Shown here: one piece after another, positions 32,592 through 42,952 of the stretch
Layout: every line of letters starts with the position of its first letter
How positions within the stretch are numbered: the first letter of the stretch is position 1
Assembly (NCBI GenBank): GCA_937625935.1
Contig: OW569364.1
Span: 372,001 to 436,000 of the forward strand
Direction: 5' to 3'
From: Tetramitus jugosus
Taxonomy: Eukaryota; Protista; Heterolobosea
Length of the DNA stretch: 64,000 nt
Position numbers and translations under genes: made by a program
Notes under the pieces: generated by a model
Seen by the model: only the letters and a program-made list of their open reading frames with translations
Databases searched by the model: none
Told to the model about the DNA's origin: nothing

Positions 32592-34820
32592 TCAGTCTGA
32601 ATCAGTATGTTCCTCAGAGTCTGAAGAGGTTGGTTGCTGGGAGCTCTGGGTTGAGTTTCCTGTTCCTGATATGGCTGCAGCAGCTGCTCTACCCATCATC
32701 ATCTGCTTGTTGGCGAGACGTGAATAATAACCATCAGTAATTCGCAACAACTCGTGGTGAGTTCCTTGTTCCTTCAATTCTCCCTTGTGCATGACACAGA
32801 TCTTATCAGAGTCAACAATAGTGGAAAGTCTGTGAGCAATCACAATAGATGTTCTTCCTTGCATGAGCTTGGTCAAAGCATCTTGCACAACACCTTCTGA
32901 TTGTGTATCAAGAGCAGATGTAGCTTCATCCAACAACAACAATGTTGGATTTTGAATCATGGCTCTCGCGATAGCAACTCTCTGCTTTTGACCTCCGGAG
33001 AGTGAAACACCCTTTTCACCCAACATGGTTTCATAACCATCTGTTAGATCCATGATAAAGTCATGAGCGTTGGCAGCAACGGCAGCTCTTTGGATTTCCT
33101 CATCGGTCACTTCTCTCAAACCTTCGATCGCATAACAGATATTTTGCTTGATTGATCCAGCAAATAGAGTTGGTTCCTGTGTCACAATACCAATGTTTCT
33201 GTGAAGCCATCTTGGATCGATACGCTCCAAGGAAACTCCATCGAGAGTTATCTCTCCAGAATCTGCTTGATAAAACTTTTCAATCAAGCCTACAATCGTC
33301 GATTTACCTGAACCGGAAGCACCAACGAGGGCCACGGATTGACCAGGTTTAATCGTCAGTGAAAAGTCCTTCAATACAACAACGCCTGGTCTTGTTGGAT
33401 AAGTGAAGAATACATTCTTGAACTCAATGTGACCTTCGAGCTTGTTTGGCGCTTCACCACCCTCGTGTCTCATTGCAGGTTCTCTTCGAATCACCTTGAG
33501 CATGTTCTTGAGTGCAGGATCTGCCTTACTAAACTCTGGTGCTGCTTGCATACCCATCAACAGACCAATCACAGCCATCAGATTCAAACCAAACACCTTG
33601 AACATGTCACCAATGGTCATCTCACCCTGCAATGTCATTTTTCCACCATACCAGAAACCAAGTGCAATCGCACCCCAAATCACAAAGGAAATAATACCAA
33701 TGGCAATACCGAGAATGGATGCCTTGACAACGAACCATCCGTGAGCTTTTCGCAACTGTCTCGCATAACGGATTTTTTCCTTCTCTTCACCGTCCATGGA
33801 TCTCACTGTTCTCATGGCAGAGATGACCTCATTTGCAATACCAGCAGCCTTGTTGATAATGTCTGTGATACGAGTGACGACAGCTTTTGTGAACACACCT
33901 GTTCCTCCCAGAACGAACACCATGAGTGGAGCGACAGACAACATGACAAGAGCCATCTTCCAACCTGCGACAATACCGAGAGCTACACCCAGAATGGCCT
34001 GAACCAAATTTCTAACAATTTCTCCAAGCTTTGTCGAGTAGGCCATTTGAATGAGAGAAGTGTCAGCAAGTTCACTCACCAACTGACCCGTCTTCTTCAT
34101 ATCAAAATACCCAATCTCCTGATTCAACAAGCTATTAAAGTAAGCTTTTCTGAGTCGTACACCGAACCGATCATGAGCCCAATTCATGAAAAAATTTTCC
34201 ACGAACGCAGCGCCAAAAGCGATCGCCGCCAAAATCGCAACCCAAACGGCGCTGTTATTGACCGTTGCCTTAAATTTGGCCACCTGAAGGATAGCGCTCG
34301 CACCAATCACTGTTCTGCTTGTGCTGACAGCTGTAGTCGACGGAGTCAAACCGTCAATTAAACTACCAATCACTTCATACAATGCAATGGGAATAGCACC
34401 ACTGACTGCTGCACCAGTCAAACCAAGCAACACCAAAATAAACTCTACATGCAAATATCTAAAAATGTACAGTGTGTGCTTAATGTCTGGTTCTCTTGGA
34501 TCCTTGATTTCTTCCTCTTCACTTTCCTTTTTCTTGTCCTTTTTTTCCTTGAGCTGGGCACGGAGTCCCCCCTTTTTTTTTCTGTTGCGCAGAACGCTGC
34601 GGATTCCCCCCTTGTCGTAAACTTCATTGTCGTTACTGTTGTTGTTCGATTTATTGTTAATGTTATCGTTCGGATCACCACCAGAGCTAATCGTAGTGGA
34701 TTGTATGTTGCCGTCGTGGCTGCTTGTTGTGGCATGAGGACTAATCGATGGCAGACGAATCGTGTCATGCATCTCTTGTGGCTTCTCAACAAGGTTTATT
34801 GAGTCTGTATCTTCTGACAT
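32592..34820 (-). CDS. ABC transporter B family half-transporter (second copy)
   Basis: TM domain, YFDMKKTG, Walker A GASGSGKS, LSGGQKQR, LLLDEATSALD, AHRLST. Confidence 0.97.
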   Translation of the reverse strand: MSEDTDSINLVEKPQEMHDTIRLPSISPHATTSSHDGNIQSTTISSGGDPNDNINNKSNNNSNDNEVYDKGGIRSVLRNRKKKGGLRAQLKEKKDKKKESEEEEIKDPREPDIKHTLYIFRYLHVEFILVLLGLTGAAVSGAIPIALYEVIGSLIDGLTPSTTAVSTSRTVIGASAILQVAKFKATVNNSAVWVAILAAIAFGAAFVENFFMNWAHDRFGVRLRKAYFNSLLNQEIGYFDMKKTGQLVSELADTSLIQMAYSTKLGEIVRNLVQAILGVALGIVAGWKMALVMLSVAPLMVFVLGGTGVFTKAVVTRITDIINKAAGIANEVISAMRTVRSMDGEEKEKIRYARQLRKAHGWFVVKASILGIAIGIISFVIWGAIALGFWYGGKMTLQGEMTIGDMFKVFGLNLMAVIGLLMGMQAAPEFSKADPALKNMLKVIRREPAMRHEGGEAPNKLEGHIEFKNVFFTYPTRPGVVVLKDFSLTIKPGQSVALVGASGSGKSTIVGLIEKFYQADSGEITLDGVSLERIDPRWLHRNIGIVTQEPTLFAGSIKQNICYAIEGLREVTDEEIQRAAVAANAHDFIMDLTDGYETMLGEKGVSLSGGQKQRVAIARAMIQNPTLLLLDEATSALDTQSEGVVQDALTKLMQGRTSIVIAHRLSTIVDSDKICVMHKGELKEQGTHHELLRITDGYYSRLANKQMMMGRAAAAAISGTGNSTQSSQQPTSSDSEEHTDSD

Positions 34821-35129
34821 GTCTCTTCACACACACGGTTTGTTTTGTTTTTTTTTTGTGACCTGAGCTCAATCAATAGATGATAAATTTCAACTGTGAT
34901 GTTGTGCGTTCGTTTGTTGGCGTGGCAAAACAACAAAAGAGAGAATTCAACAAATGGAAGAACAATGGAAAGTGGAACTGCGTGAGATTTGTTTTGCCTG
35001 TGATATTTGGTGGAAGCAGAAACGAAGAAGAGAAGTTTTTAGTGAATCACGACACTGTCAATTTTTGACCGTCGGACCGTGCGATGGCCGGAATTTTGCG
35101 GGACCCGAAGGTCGACAGTGGGCTATCTC

Positions 35130-37769
35130 TCAAATGACCTGATTCGAGGTCGAGATATGAGACCATGTGAATACAATCCTTTTCGGTTTCTTTGATAGTA
35201 ATTGTTGTTCGCACATTTCAATCATCTTCTCTGTCATCATGTCTATTCTTGATTCTCGCTTTTGTTTTTGCTGGAATTGTTGAAGCAAGTCCAGAGCTGA
35301 GCAGATATCATCGTTGCTCATGAAAGCAAATGCTTCTTCGTACTGTAGGTAGCGATCACTCTCTTTCTGGGCTTCCATGGCATACATCCATTCTCCATCC
35401 ACCGGCGTTGGAGCTTCTTCAATTAGCTCGTGCAATCGTTGTTGGTTGATGCCAAAGCAAGGAGCCTCCATGAGAGCGACAGACCTCGTGAGAAACTTGT
35501 CTTTTGGGAGAGATTTCACCGTTTCATCAGAACACACGATGACAACTGGGACATGTTTACTCATCTTTGAGCAAATACGAGCCAATTCCAAATTGTTACC
35601 GAATGCCAATTGTTGCCTTCTCTTGGCTGTTCCCATGTTTCCTAGAACAGTTTGTCCTGTCGAAACGCCTATAGATAACTTCACATTGTATCCTTCAAGT
35701 TGCTTCAATCTTACGTATGATTCTTTCATAAAAGATTTCAATGAGAGAGCAGCTTTACAAGCTAAGGAAGAGTGATTAGAGCTTCTTATCGTTCCATTCC
35801 ATATTATGCTGAATGAGTTTTCATTGAAGGAGAATAGCTGTCCTCGATTAGCATCAGCAATTTCTGTAACTTTTTGGAGTAGGGCTCCATGAATCTCAAC
35901 TATTTCATAGTAGTTATGGTTGAACATTAACTGAGAATAGAATTCTCTAATCTCTATATGAAGAATGGTTACCTTCTTACTTTCGATTGCCAGAGCAAAT
36001 CTCGAGTCGTCAATGTGGGTTTTCCCTGACGACTTGCTGGATTTGACAAAACTGGACATTGAGTTAGTTTTTGTGAAATGATCTGAAGGCGTCACTCCAC
36101 TCATCCTGAAATTAGGCTTCTCCGGTTCGAGGTTCTTTTTCTTCTGAAGAACGTGCTCTGGAAGGAAACTTCTGTATTCGACCAACGTCTCAATCATTCC
36201 TCTGAAGAATTCTTGGATGAGGGAAACTTCAGAGAATGCTGAAGACTTTCTCTTGTTGTTTAAAATTTGTTCCAACTTCATATCCTCAACCAGCTTCATG
36301 TCACTAATCAAATTATACAGTGGTTTGGATATGGTCCTTGCTGTGATGATCGACGTGACAATACCCATTACAACTGAACAGGCACTAAAGATAATAGATA
36401 TAATAAATAGGATGTAAACGGTGCCTAGTTGAGCCCAGTTATGAACAACTGAGATCACTATCCAATACTTGTCATCAAAAATATTGACACCCTGAGCAAC
36501 GTAGAGATACTTTCCCCCTTCGAACATCAATTTGGAGGCCACACTCGAAGACAGAGGGATACCACCAAGATTGTGGTCGTATTTCTTCCGAAGCTCCCTG
36601 ACTGTCCTGCGAATGAGTTTGTTAGGACTGGCTTGAGCATCTGGAGGGTATGCTTGGATGGTTTTTGATACACCCTCGAGTCTGTTCGTGTCTGATGATC
36701 CTATGATACGCCCCGTGTGTCTTTCAATGATGAATGATGTTCCTCTTTCTATTGTAAATCTTTGCAAGAACAGTTTGAAGTTGTCGGCGGTGTAAATCAT
36801 TGAAGAATATCCTCTTAGATTGTTCTCAGGACTCAGTAGAAGTTGAACATTAGCAATTCTCGAAGGACAACGAACTCCCTCCTTTTCTGTGGAACAATAT
36901 CTTGTGTCCAGATAGAGGTCAGTCCAACCTGAGTTTTTTCCTGCTCGAAATGTTGCATTTGCTGTTTGAAACATTCGTGATTGCACACCACTAAAGTTGA
37001 AAATGTTCGTAATCCCTGAACTTTCTCCCGTGATTATGTTGGTTATATTGTATACGTATTGTTTGTTAGGGGGAGTTATTGGTGGCCAGTGGATTGATTC
37101 TTGTCCTCGCATTTCCCCTTCAACGGCAGTGTAGCTGATCATCTTGAGGTGAAGACTCGGGTCATCGAGAGGGTAGTTCTCTTGCATCTCTTTTTGATCA
37201 AATAGATAGAGGCCAACTTGTACTCGTCGCCCCTTCACAACTCGTGCAGATCCTAATAAGATGTTCCTGGCTAATTCCTTACTTTCTTTCATTGAGGAAT
37301 AGTTCGTCAAGAGGTCAAGGTTCGAGGTCACCACTTGTGAAACAACTGAATTTGCGTGGTCTACAAATTGCATCTTGTTCTCCAGGAAACTCACGACTGA
37401 ATCCGCAGATCTAACTCTCAACTCATGAGATAATCTATCGGTGCTCACAAGATTAGTTGAGGCCCATACGATAGTGGTCACAATTAGGCAAAGCGAACTG
37501 AACAACGAGGTAAATATGATGAACAACTTAAGTGATTTAGCCGTTTCCAAACAAGTGGGAGAGTAGTCGTAGGACGTGTCACTCTCATCCGAGAAACTGT
37601 CATCATTCTCTGCTGTGTTTGGACGATCTATCTTGAGGGAAGGCGATGAGGGATATATCTTGATCGTGTTCATTCTCTCGAAGTAGTGTCGAAGACTTGT
37701 GGATGTTTCAAGTGTGCGAGATAGAGTTTTTGTCCTCTCGATCTGCACATGGAAAAAACAAATTGCCAT
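35130..37769 (-). CDS. Receptor-type class III nucleotidyl-cyclase-like protein (TM, Cache-like ectodomain, TM, HAMP, degenerate cyclase)
   Basis: Two TM helices flank ~350 aa; HAMP ISKPL..L...M...SEV..I; YRSFLP linker; IGVSTG..VLGNMG and EWMY motifs. ATG at 37769 or 37673. Confidence 0.85.
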   Translation of the reverse strand: MAICFFHVQIERTKTLSRTLETSTSLRHYFERMNTIKIYPSSPSLKIDRPNTAENDDSFSDESDTSYDYSPTCLETAKSLKLFIIFTSLFSSLCLIVTTIVWASTNLVSTDRLSHELRVRSADSVVSFLENKMQFVDHANSVVSQVVTSNLDLLTNYSSMKESKELARNILLGSARVVKGRRVQVGLYLFDQKEMQENYPLDDPSLHLKMISYTAVEGEMRGQESIHWPPITPPNKQYVYNITNIITGESSGITNIFNFSGVQSRMFQTANATFRAGKNSGWTDLYLDTRYCSTEKEGVRCPSRIANVQLLLSPENNLRGYSSMIYTADNFKLFLQRFTIERGTSFIIERHTGRIIGSSDTNRLEGVSKTIQAYPPDAQASPNKLIRRTVRELRKKYDHNLGGIPLSSSVASKLMFEGGKYLYVAQGVNIFDDKYWIVISVVHNWAQLGTVYILFIISIIFSACSVVMGIVTSIITARTISKPLYNLISDMKLVEDMKLEQILNNKRKSSAFSEVSLIQEFFRGMIETLVEYRSFLPEHVLQKKKNLEPEKPNFRMSGVTPSDHFTKTNSMSSFVKSSKSSGKTHIDDSRFALAIESKKVTILHIEIREFYSQLMFNHNYYEIVEIHGALLQKVTEIADANRGQLFSFNENSFSIIWNGTIRSSNHSSLACKAALSLKSFMKESYVRLKQLEGYNVKLSIGVSTGQTVLGNMGTAKRRQQLAFGNNLELARICSKMSKHVPVVIVCSDETVKSLPKDKFLTRSVALMEAPCFGINQQRLHELIEEAPTPVDGEWMYAMEAQKESDRYLQYEEAFAFMSNDDICSALDLLQQFQQKQKRESRIDMMTEKMIEMCEQQLLSKKPKRIVFTWSHISTSNQVI

Positions 37770-37802
37770 CTTGAACAACTACAGTCGCCTGTAAACTATT
37801 AC

Positions 37803-37863
37803 GAGCGATGAGTGATAACTTTAATTGGAAGTGGGCAGGATAAATGAGAGCGATGAGTCATAA
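37803..37863. promoter_or_regulatory. Direct repeat GAGCGATGAGT(G/C)ATAA x2 upstream of the cyclase-like gene (AP-1/GCN4-like core)
   Basis: Copies at 37803-37818 and 37848-37863, 1 mismatch in 16; the second contains ATGAGTCAT. Confidence 0.4.
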
Positions 37864-37894
37864 TCATAGGTGTAGTTTCCGTTTCACCTGACGT

Positions 37895-38188
37895 CTATTC
37901 GAGTTTGTCCTCACTTCCAAAACCCTTGTCGTGCCATTGCTTCAAAATTTCATCGGTCACTTCAAAGCCACAAGAGTCTGGCACAACAGCATCAATACCA
38001 CACTTGGGACACAAAACAGTGATCAGTCCATTTTTCTCACGGATCAAATCCTCATTGTCGTCCAATCGAACATCACTCGCAGGATACCTTTTCAGACAGT
38101 AAACACAATAACAAAACTTGGATTTCTTGACCTCCTCAGAGTTATTGGTTGCTAGTGGTAGATAATATGGGGTGCCGTTCTGTTTCAT
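37895..38188 (-). CDS. Small Cys-rich Zn-binding protein resembling an uncharacterised bacterial family
   Basis: N..E...S..C.C.YCL ... T.LCP.CGID.V..DS.G..VT.E.L...H...F pattern; intronless. Confidence 0.8.
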   Translation of the reverse strand: MKQNGTPYYLPLATNNSEEVKKSKFCYCVYCLKRYPASDVRLDDNEDLIREKNGLITVLCPKCGIDAVVPDSCGFEVTDEILKQWHDKGFGSEDKLE

Positions 38189-38271
38189 GTTTTTTGTTTG
38201 GGTGAAAGATCAGAACTTGATGTTGGTGAACTTGGGGGAATTCGAAGAGAGTGGTTTTATTCCTAAAGAGG

Positions 38272-41200
38272 TTAGAACAATTGTTGGATATACTTGGCCA
38301 AGCACATGCTATTTTGAATGACATTGTCCATTGGAGTCCAACTCTTCTTCTGTTCTTCGTGTAGCTGGTCTAGCTTGTCGAACAGGCTTTCATCTTCTGA
38401 CTTGCTGATCATTTCCGAGTGAACCTGCAGGAACAAGTTGATAACAGCTTGAACCAGGTCATAGTGTTGCCGTTTTTGGAGCATATACAACAAGAAATCA
38501 AGCAAGAGCTTAAATTCGCCGAAATCATCACCTACACTCAACAAACGGATGCTGATGTCAATGTCCTTTGGATTCATAATGCGAATCATGTCAACAGCAG
38601 GTCTGTAGCTACCTGATTTGCCCAACTTGATCAACTCCAGTAGTTTGGAAGAGCTGTATGTTACTGAAGCTTCTTCTTCCTTCTCAGTCTCTTCATCTTC
38701 ATTTTCTTCGGCTTCAATTGCCTTTGAGTATGTCTTTCCCATAATCTTGGATTGTGTTTCCTTATCGTTTGATATAAAGTGTTTTGCCCCAGAAAGAGTT
38801 GGTAGCGAGGAAAGCATGAATGGCGCGACAGCATTATTTTGCTCCTGTCCAGCTCTCTTGTTCCTCTCTCTCAATTCATCCAAATGCATGATACTATACC
38901 ACTTGTTCTTTGGTATTCCAGAGAAGGAGATTAATGAATTATTGTGAATGAGAGAATACATATGGTTCGAGTCTCCCAACTTCATCTTCTTGCCAAAATC
39001 TTCATCGAGCAACGTGGAATCTTGATTGCTTGTCTGTTCCTCCATCTCCTCATCGTCATCACTGCTGCTGTCTGCAACAATAGCATCAACTTCTCTTCTT
39101 CTCTTACGTCTATCAAGAGCGTCTTTGCCAGCATTGTTCTCCGATCGTTGATCTTCTTCTGTTGCAATCTTCTCAGCTTCTTGCGATGTCATTGGAAGAT
39201 TGACGTGCATTGGAGCACTCACAGACTGTATAATAGCATTACCAAACACCAGTTTGTTAATCCATAAGCTGACACCAACGGTATCGGCATGACACGAGGC
39301 AAGATAGAGGCCTTCAGGATGGAAATCTAAAGCAGTTGCCATCTTTGGTACCTTCAACCAATCAATCACTCTAGCCGAAACGATATCGTATGCAATAATG
39401 GAGGATCCCATACAGCATGAAACTAGCAGACGTGAGTCATAGGAGAAGGTCATATCGTTGATCACGTGATCGTGCTTCTTGTATCTTCTGATCAAGACAT
39501 CCGTATTTAAGTCATAAATGAAAATTTCGAATGCATCAGTGCTGACAGCAACCAAATTGGACACCTTGCTCTTCACAATCTTTGTAATGGATGAACCGAG
39601 ATTGAATTTTGTGATCAGGGAAGACTTGGTCAAATCCCAAATCTTCAACCATCCATCATATCCTCCAGACACAACCTTTGCATTGGTGTTGTCAACGATA
39701 ACACCATTCACAACTCCTGTATGCGCAATCTTCAAAGAAGGAACATCCTTATCCCCCTTTGGTACGTATTCAGTCAAGAGAGCCTTAATGGTTCCTGATT
39801 GTATATTCCATTTTTCGACAAATCCCTTTGTTCGTCCAACAAAGGCAAAGTTTCCACAAATGCTTGTGCAAACAGATGTTGCTGAACCAAAATGCTTCTC
39901 TGATGAATAGAGAGTCTTGTTTGTAATAGACATGTCCTTCACCTTCCAAAGACGAACAATGTTGCTGTCTCTATGGCAAGAGATCATATTCTCCCAATCG
40001 TCTTGTCTCAAATAGCAAGTGTCCAAACATGTGACTGGTGGTAATCGAATGTTCTGTTCGTCCAATTTGCTGTCATTTGATTTTTCTTGCAACTTCTTCT
40101 TCTTTTCCTTCAATTTTTGACTGATTTGACCAGTGACACGATCGACCAGTGAAGTCAAACGAACTTGTTGATCATTTCCGGCCGTAATGAGCCAATTTCC
40201 AGATGGATCATAGAACTTTACGTGCGTTGGTGGTTCGCTGTGACCTTCCTTTCTATTCTCCATACGTGGCTTATCCGATCGATCGAAAATATAGGTTTGC
40301 AGCGTATTGTCCGCACCAGAGGACACGAGAACTGGTTCATAGGGCACAAACATGAGTTGTGTCACTGAAGAAGAGTGCGCATGAGGCAACAATTGAATCA
40401 ATGACCGCTTCTCCAAATCCCAAATTCCAATCTCTCCCTTTGCAGTACCGGAAACCAAGCATGGAATACCATCTGTTCGGAAAGATAAGCTCGTCACTGG
40501 TCCAGGTGTGTGCGTCAACTTGAACAACACCTTTTCGAATCGAATATTATAAATGACAATTGTACCATCACTCAAACCAATTGCAACCACGTCCAATGAA
40601 GGACTGTTGCACATACTAGTGATACTCGCATGTTGAGTTGCATCACTACCGTTTGATTCTTCATCCACTCTCAAAATCATTCGTTGCAACACTGTATCAC
40701 TCAACTCTTTGGCCAATGGGAACGCTTCAAATCGATGAACCAATTCTCCGACACGAATATTGTAAAGATCAAAATGACCTTCAGTCGTACCAATCAACAC
40801 CTTGTCCAAATAGGCATGTGGATGAATGACACTGGAAATGGTGGAATCACTTGGGAGTCGATGTGTGCGTATCAGTGCAAATTGTTCTTCATCGGATGTG
40901 TCCCACACGGCACACATGTGATCCTCTCTCGAAAATGTTAATAAATATTTGCCCATTTTAAGCATGTGTGTAATGACTCTTGTGTGACCATCACTCAAAC
41001 AAGCAATCTATCATGTTTCGATATGATGACAAGTAACAACAACAATCAACAAAAAATGAAAAGTAATGTGAGTGAGTAAACATGATTATGAGAGATTAAA
41101 ATGGAGTGTGTGTGTGTGTGTGTGTGTTTGCAGTGGAAGTGAACACATACCAATTCTCGTTGATTGAAAACATAGACGGATTGACCACAAGCCATGTACA

Positions 41201-41614
41201 CCCAATCAATAATGGCATTATCGTCTTTTCTCTCGGCATACATGCACTGTATCTTGTTTTGCATTTGTGGTCCAGTGTCTGCCAACACCAAATTACTCAT
41301 CTAAGGACATTGTTTTTGAATTTGTTGTGTGTGTTTTTTTTTGTTGCATTTTCATTTTTTTTTTGTTTTTTTGCATATTCAATTGAAGAGAGTGAGTCAC
41401 ATGACGATGAAAACGATGAAAATGCAGCATTCAATGGGGGAAAAACGAAAGAAGTACATACGATATAATTGTGATAAGAGTTTCCAATACTTGTATAGAT
41501 GCGAGAGTCCTTGGTCATTTTACCAAATGTATAAGCAAATGGTACTGGTTCAGTCACGTGACCAATAGATTTGAATGCATCAAAAAGATTGCTTTCGCTG
41601 TGATTGAGCACCAT
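38272..41614 (-). CDS. UTP21: WD40 SSU-processome protein UTP21/WDR36, 3 exons (introns 41301-41461, 41008-41150)
   Basis: S.LF..F.SIG.V...VPF; HP.AYLDKVLIG; SPSLDVVAIGL; SLSFRTDG; C-terminal Utp21 domain (ERNK, APF.L..L, DISIR.L). GTATGT...TAG introns keep the frame. Confidence 0.94.
41106..41127. repeat. (GT)n microsatellite in UTP21 intron 2
   Basis: Direct reading gtgtgtgt... about 11 units. Confidence 0.9.
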
Positions 41615-41855
41615 GATTTCTTTTTTCTTGTTCGTTCAAAGGAGCAGTTTTGGTTTGTGTGAAATTTTTTGTGTTTTTCTTGTTGTAGGTTCAAGGACAC
41701 CCGAGAAAGTCATCAATTTCGTTGAACCAAACACTGATTCTTTTTATATAGGATAAATCTCCGTCTCTCTGAAATTGAAAAAAAGGAACTGGAACTCGTG
41801 GCCAAACAGAACCAAACAACCAAACAAAAGTTACCCTTTTCTCTAAGTTACAGAT

Positions 41856-42875
41856 ATGCAACTAGATATTTTATCAGATGATGTGCTGAGAGAAATTCTT
41901 CTCTTTCTGCGAATTGAAGACCTTCCCAGTGTTCTCCTTGCCAATCGTTATCTCAACCAGATTGTCGACTCTGAAACGCAGTGGCGTCTCTTGTACCTGT
42001 TGCTGGCCACACCAATTACTCCAAAGAAAGACGATGATATTAAGGCAATTGTAGAATCATTGTCCAAGGTTTCTGTTGACAAACAGGATGACGATGAAGA
42101 TGATGCTTCTTCTACTAATCAGGTGGACAAGGACAAGAAGAATCGACCATTGCTGCAACAGCCACTGCCACCAAAGGACAAGATGTTTCCACATGAATCG
42201 TGGAAGTACAATGTACAAATGACAAGACATCACAGATGGAGTTCATACTTTATTGATTCAGAGGGCAACAAGATTATGAATTCAACGGGCCCAATCATTG
42301 ACGAGAGTGGCAAGATTCTTCGATTTACACCAAATATCGATGCAAGAATTTACAGAATAGCCAACACTGTACGACCCGTAAACACAAGAGGCAAAACTAG
42401 AATTGATCTCAAAGCGCAAATGTGCTGCCAGGACGAATCAAAAGCTGACAGTGTTCATTCGTTCTGTTCCAGCTGGTCACTACCAGGAATTATCGAAGAG
42501 AGCATTCTGCGTGATATATATGTGGATGGGAAACACAAGAGTGTTTATTTGGGAGAGTTTACACCGGGAGAGAACATTGGCTACGCAAACAATGGATACT
42601 TTTTCAGGAACAAGCAGGACAAGTGGACGGACAAGTTTTACTCTGGCGACGTTCTCACATTTATTGTGGATGCAGAACACGAATATGAAGAAGCAAAAGA
42701 ATCCAATTGGGAGAAACCTTATGGATTATTGACTTGCTTGCTCAATGGTGTTGAAGCAGACACACGGTCATACAGTGGAATATTTGCCAATCCTGAAGCA
42801 AGAATCTACTTTTGTACTCAAGTGAACGAGGCATGCCATGAAAGTGGAATTGTTACAACCATTCAGTACTCATAA
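41856..42875 (+). CDS. F-box + SPRY/B30.2-like protein, paralogue 1
   Basis: F-box LSDDVLREILLFL..EDL..V.LANR....W; beta-rich C-terminus with IGYANNG, F..GDV.TF.VD, GLLT..LNG, YF. Confidence 0.85.
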   Translation: MQLDILSDDVLREILLFLRIEDLPSVLLANRYLNQIVDSETQWRLLYLLLATPITPKKDDDIKAIVESLSKVSVDKQDDDEDDASSTNQVDKDKKNRPLLQQPLPPKDKMFPHESWKYNVQMTRHHRWSSYFIDSEGNKIMNSTGPIIDESGKILRFTPNIDARIYRIANTVRPVNTRGKTRIDLKAQMCCQDESKADSVHSFCSSWSLPGIIEESILRDIYVDGKHKSVYLGEFTPGENIGYANNGYFFRNKQDKWTDKFYSGDVLTFIVDAEHEYEEAKESNWEKPYGLLTCLLNGVEADTRSYSGIFANPEARIYFCTQVNEACHESGIVTTIQYS

Positions 42876-42952
42876 ATTCCTGAGAAAAACTATTGTCCTA
42901 ATTGTGGTCCTTCACGTTCGTTGACCTGTGATTCGCTGAACAAAAAAAACCA

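Noticed and set aside
33429-34361. 310-aa antisense ORF over the ABCB gene (and similar shadows over MTR4, Sua5, DnaJ)
   Set aside because: No motifs; explained by codon bias of the sense gene.
5729-34820. The two ABCB half-transporters as a TAP-like heterodimer pair
   Set aside because: 25 kb apart, divergent, both with canonical ATPase motifs; nothing in the sequence links them.
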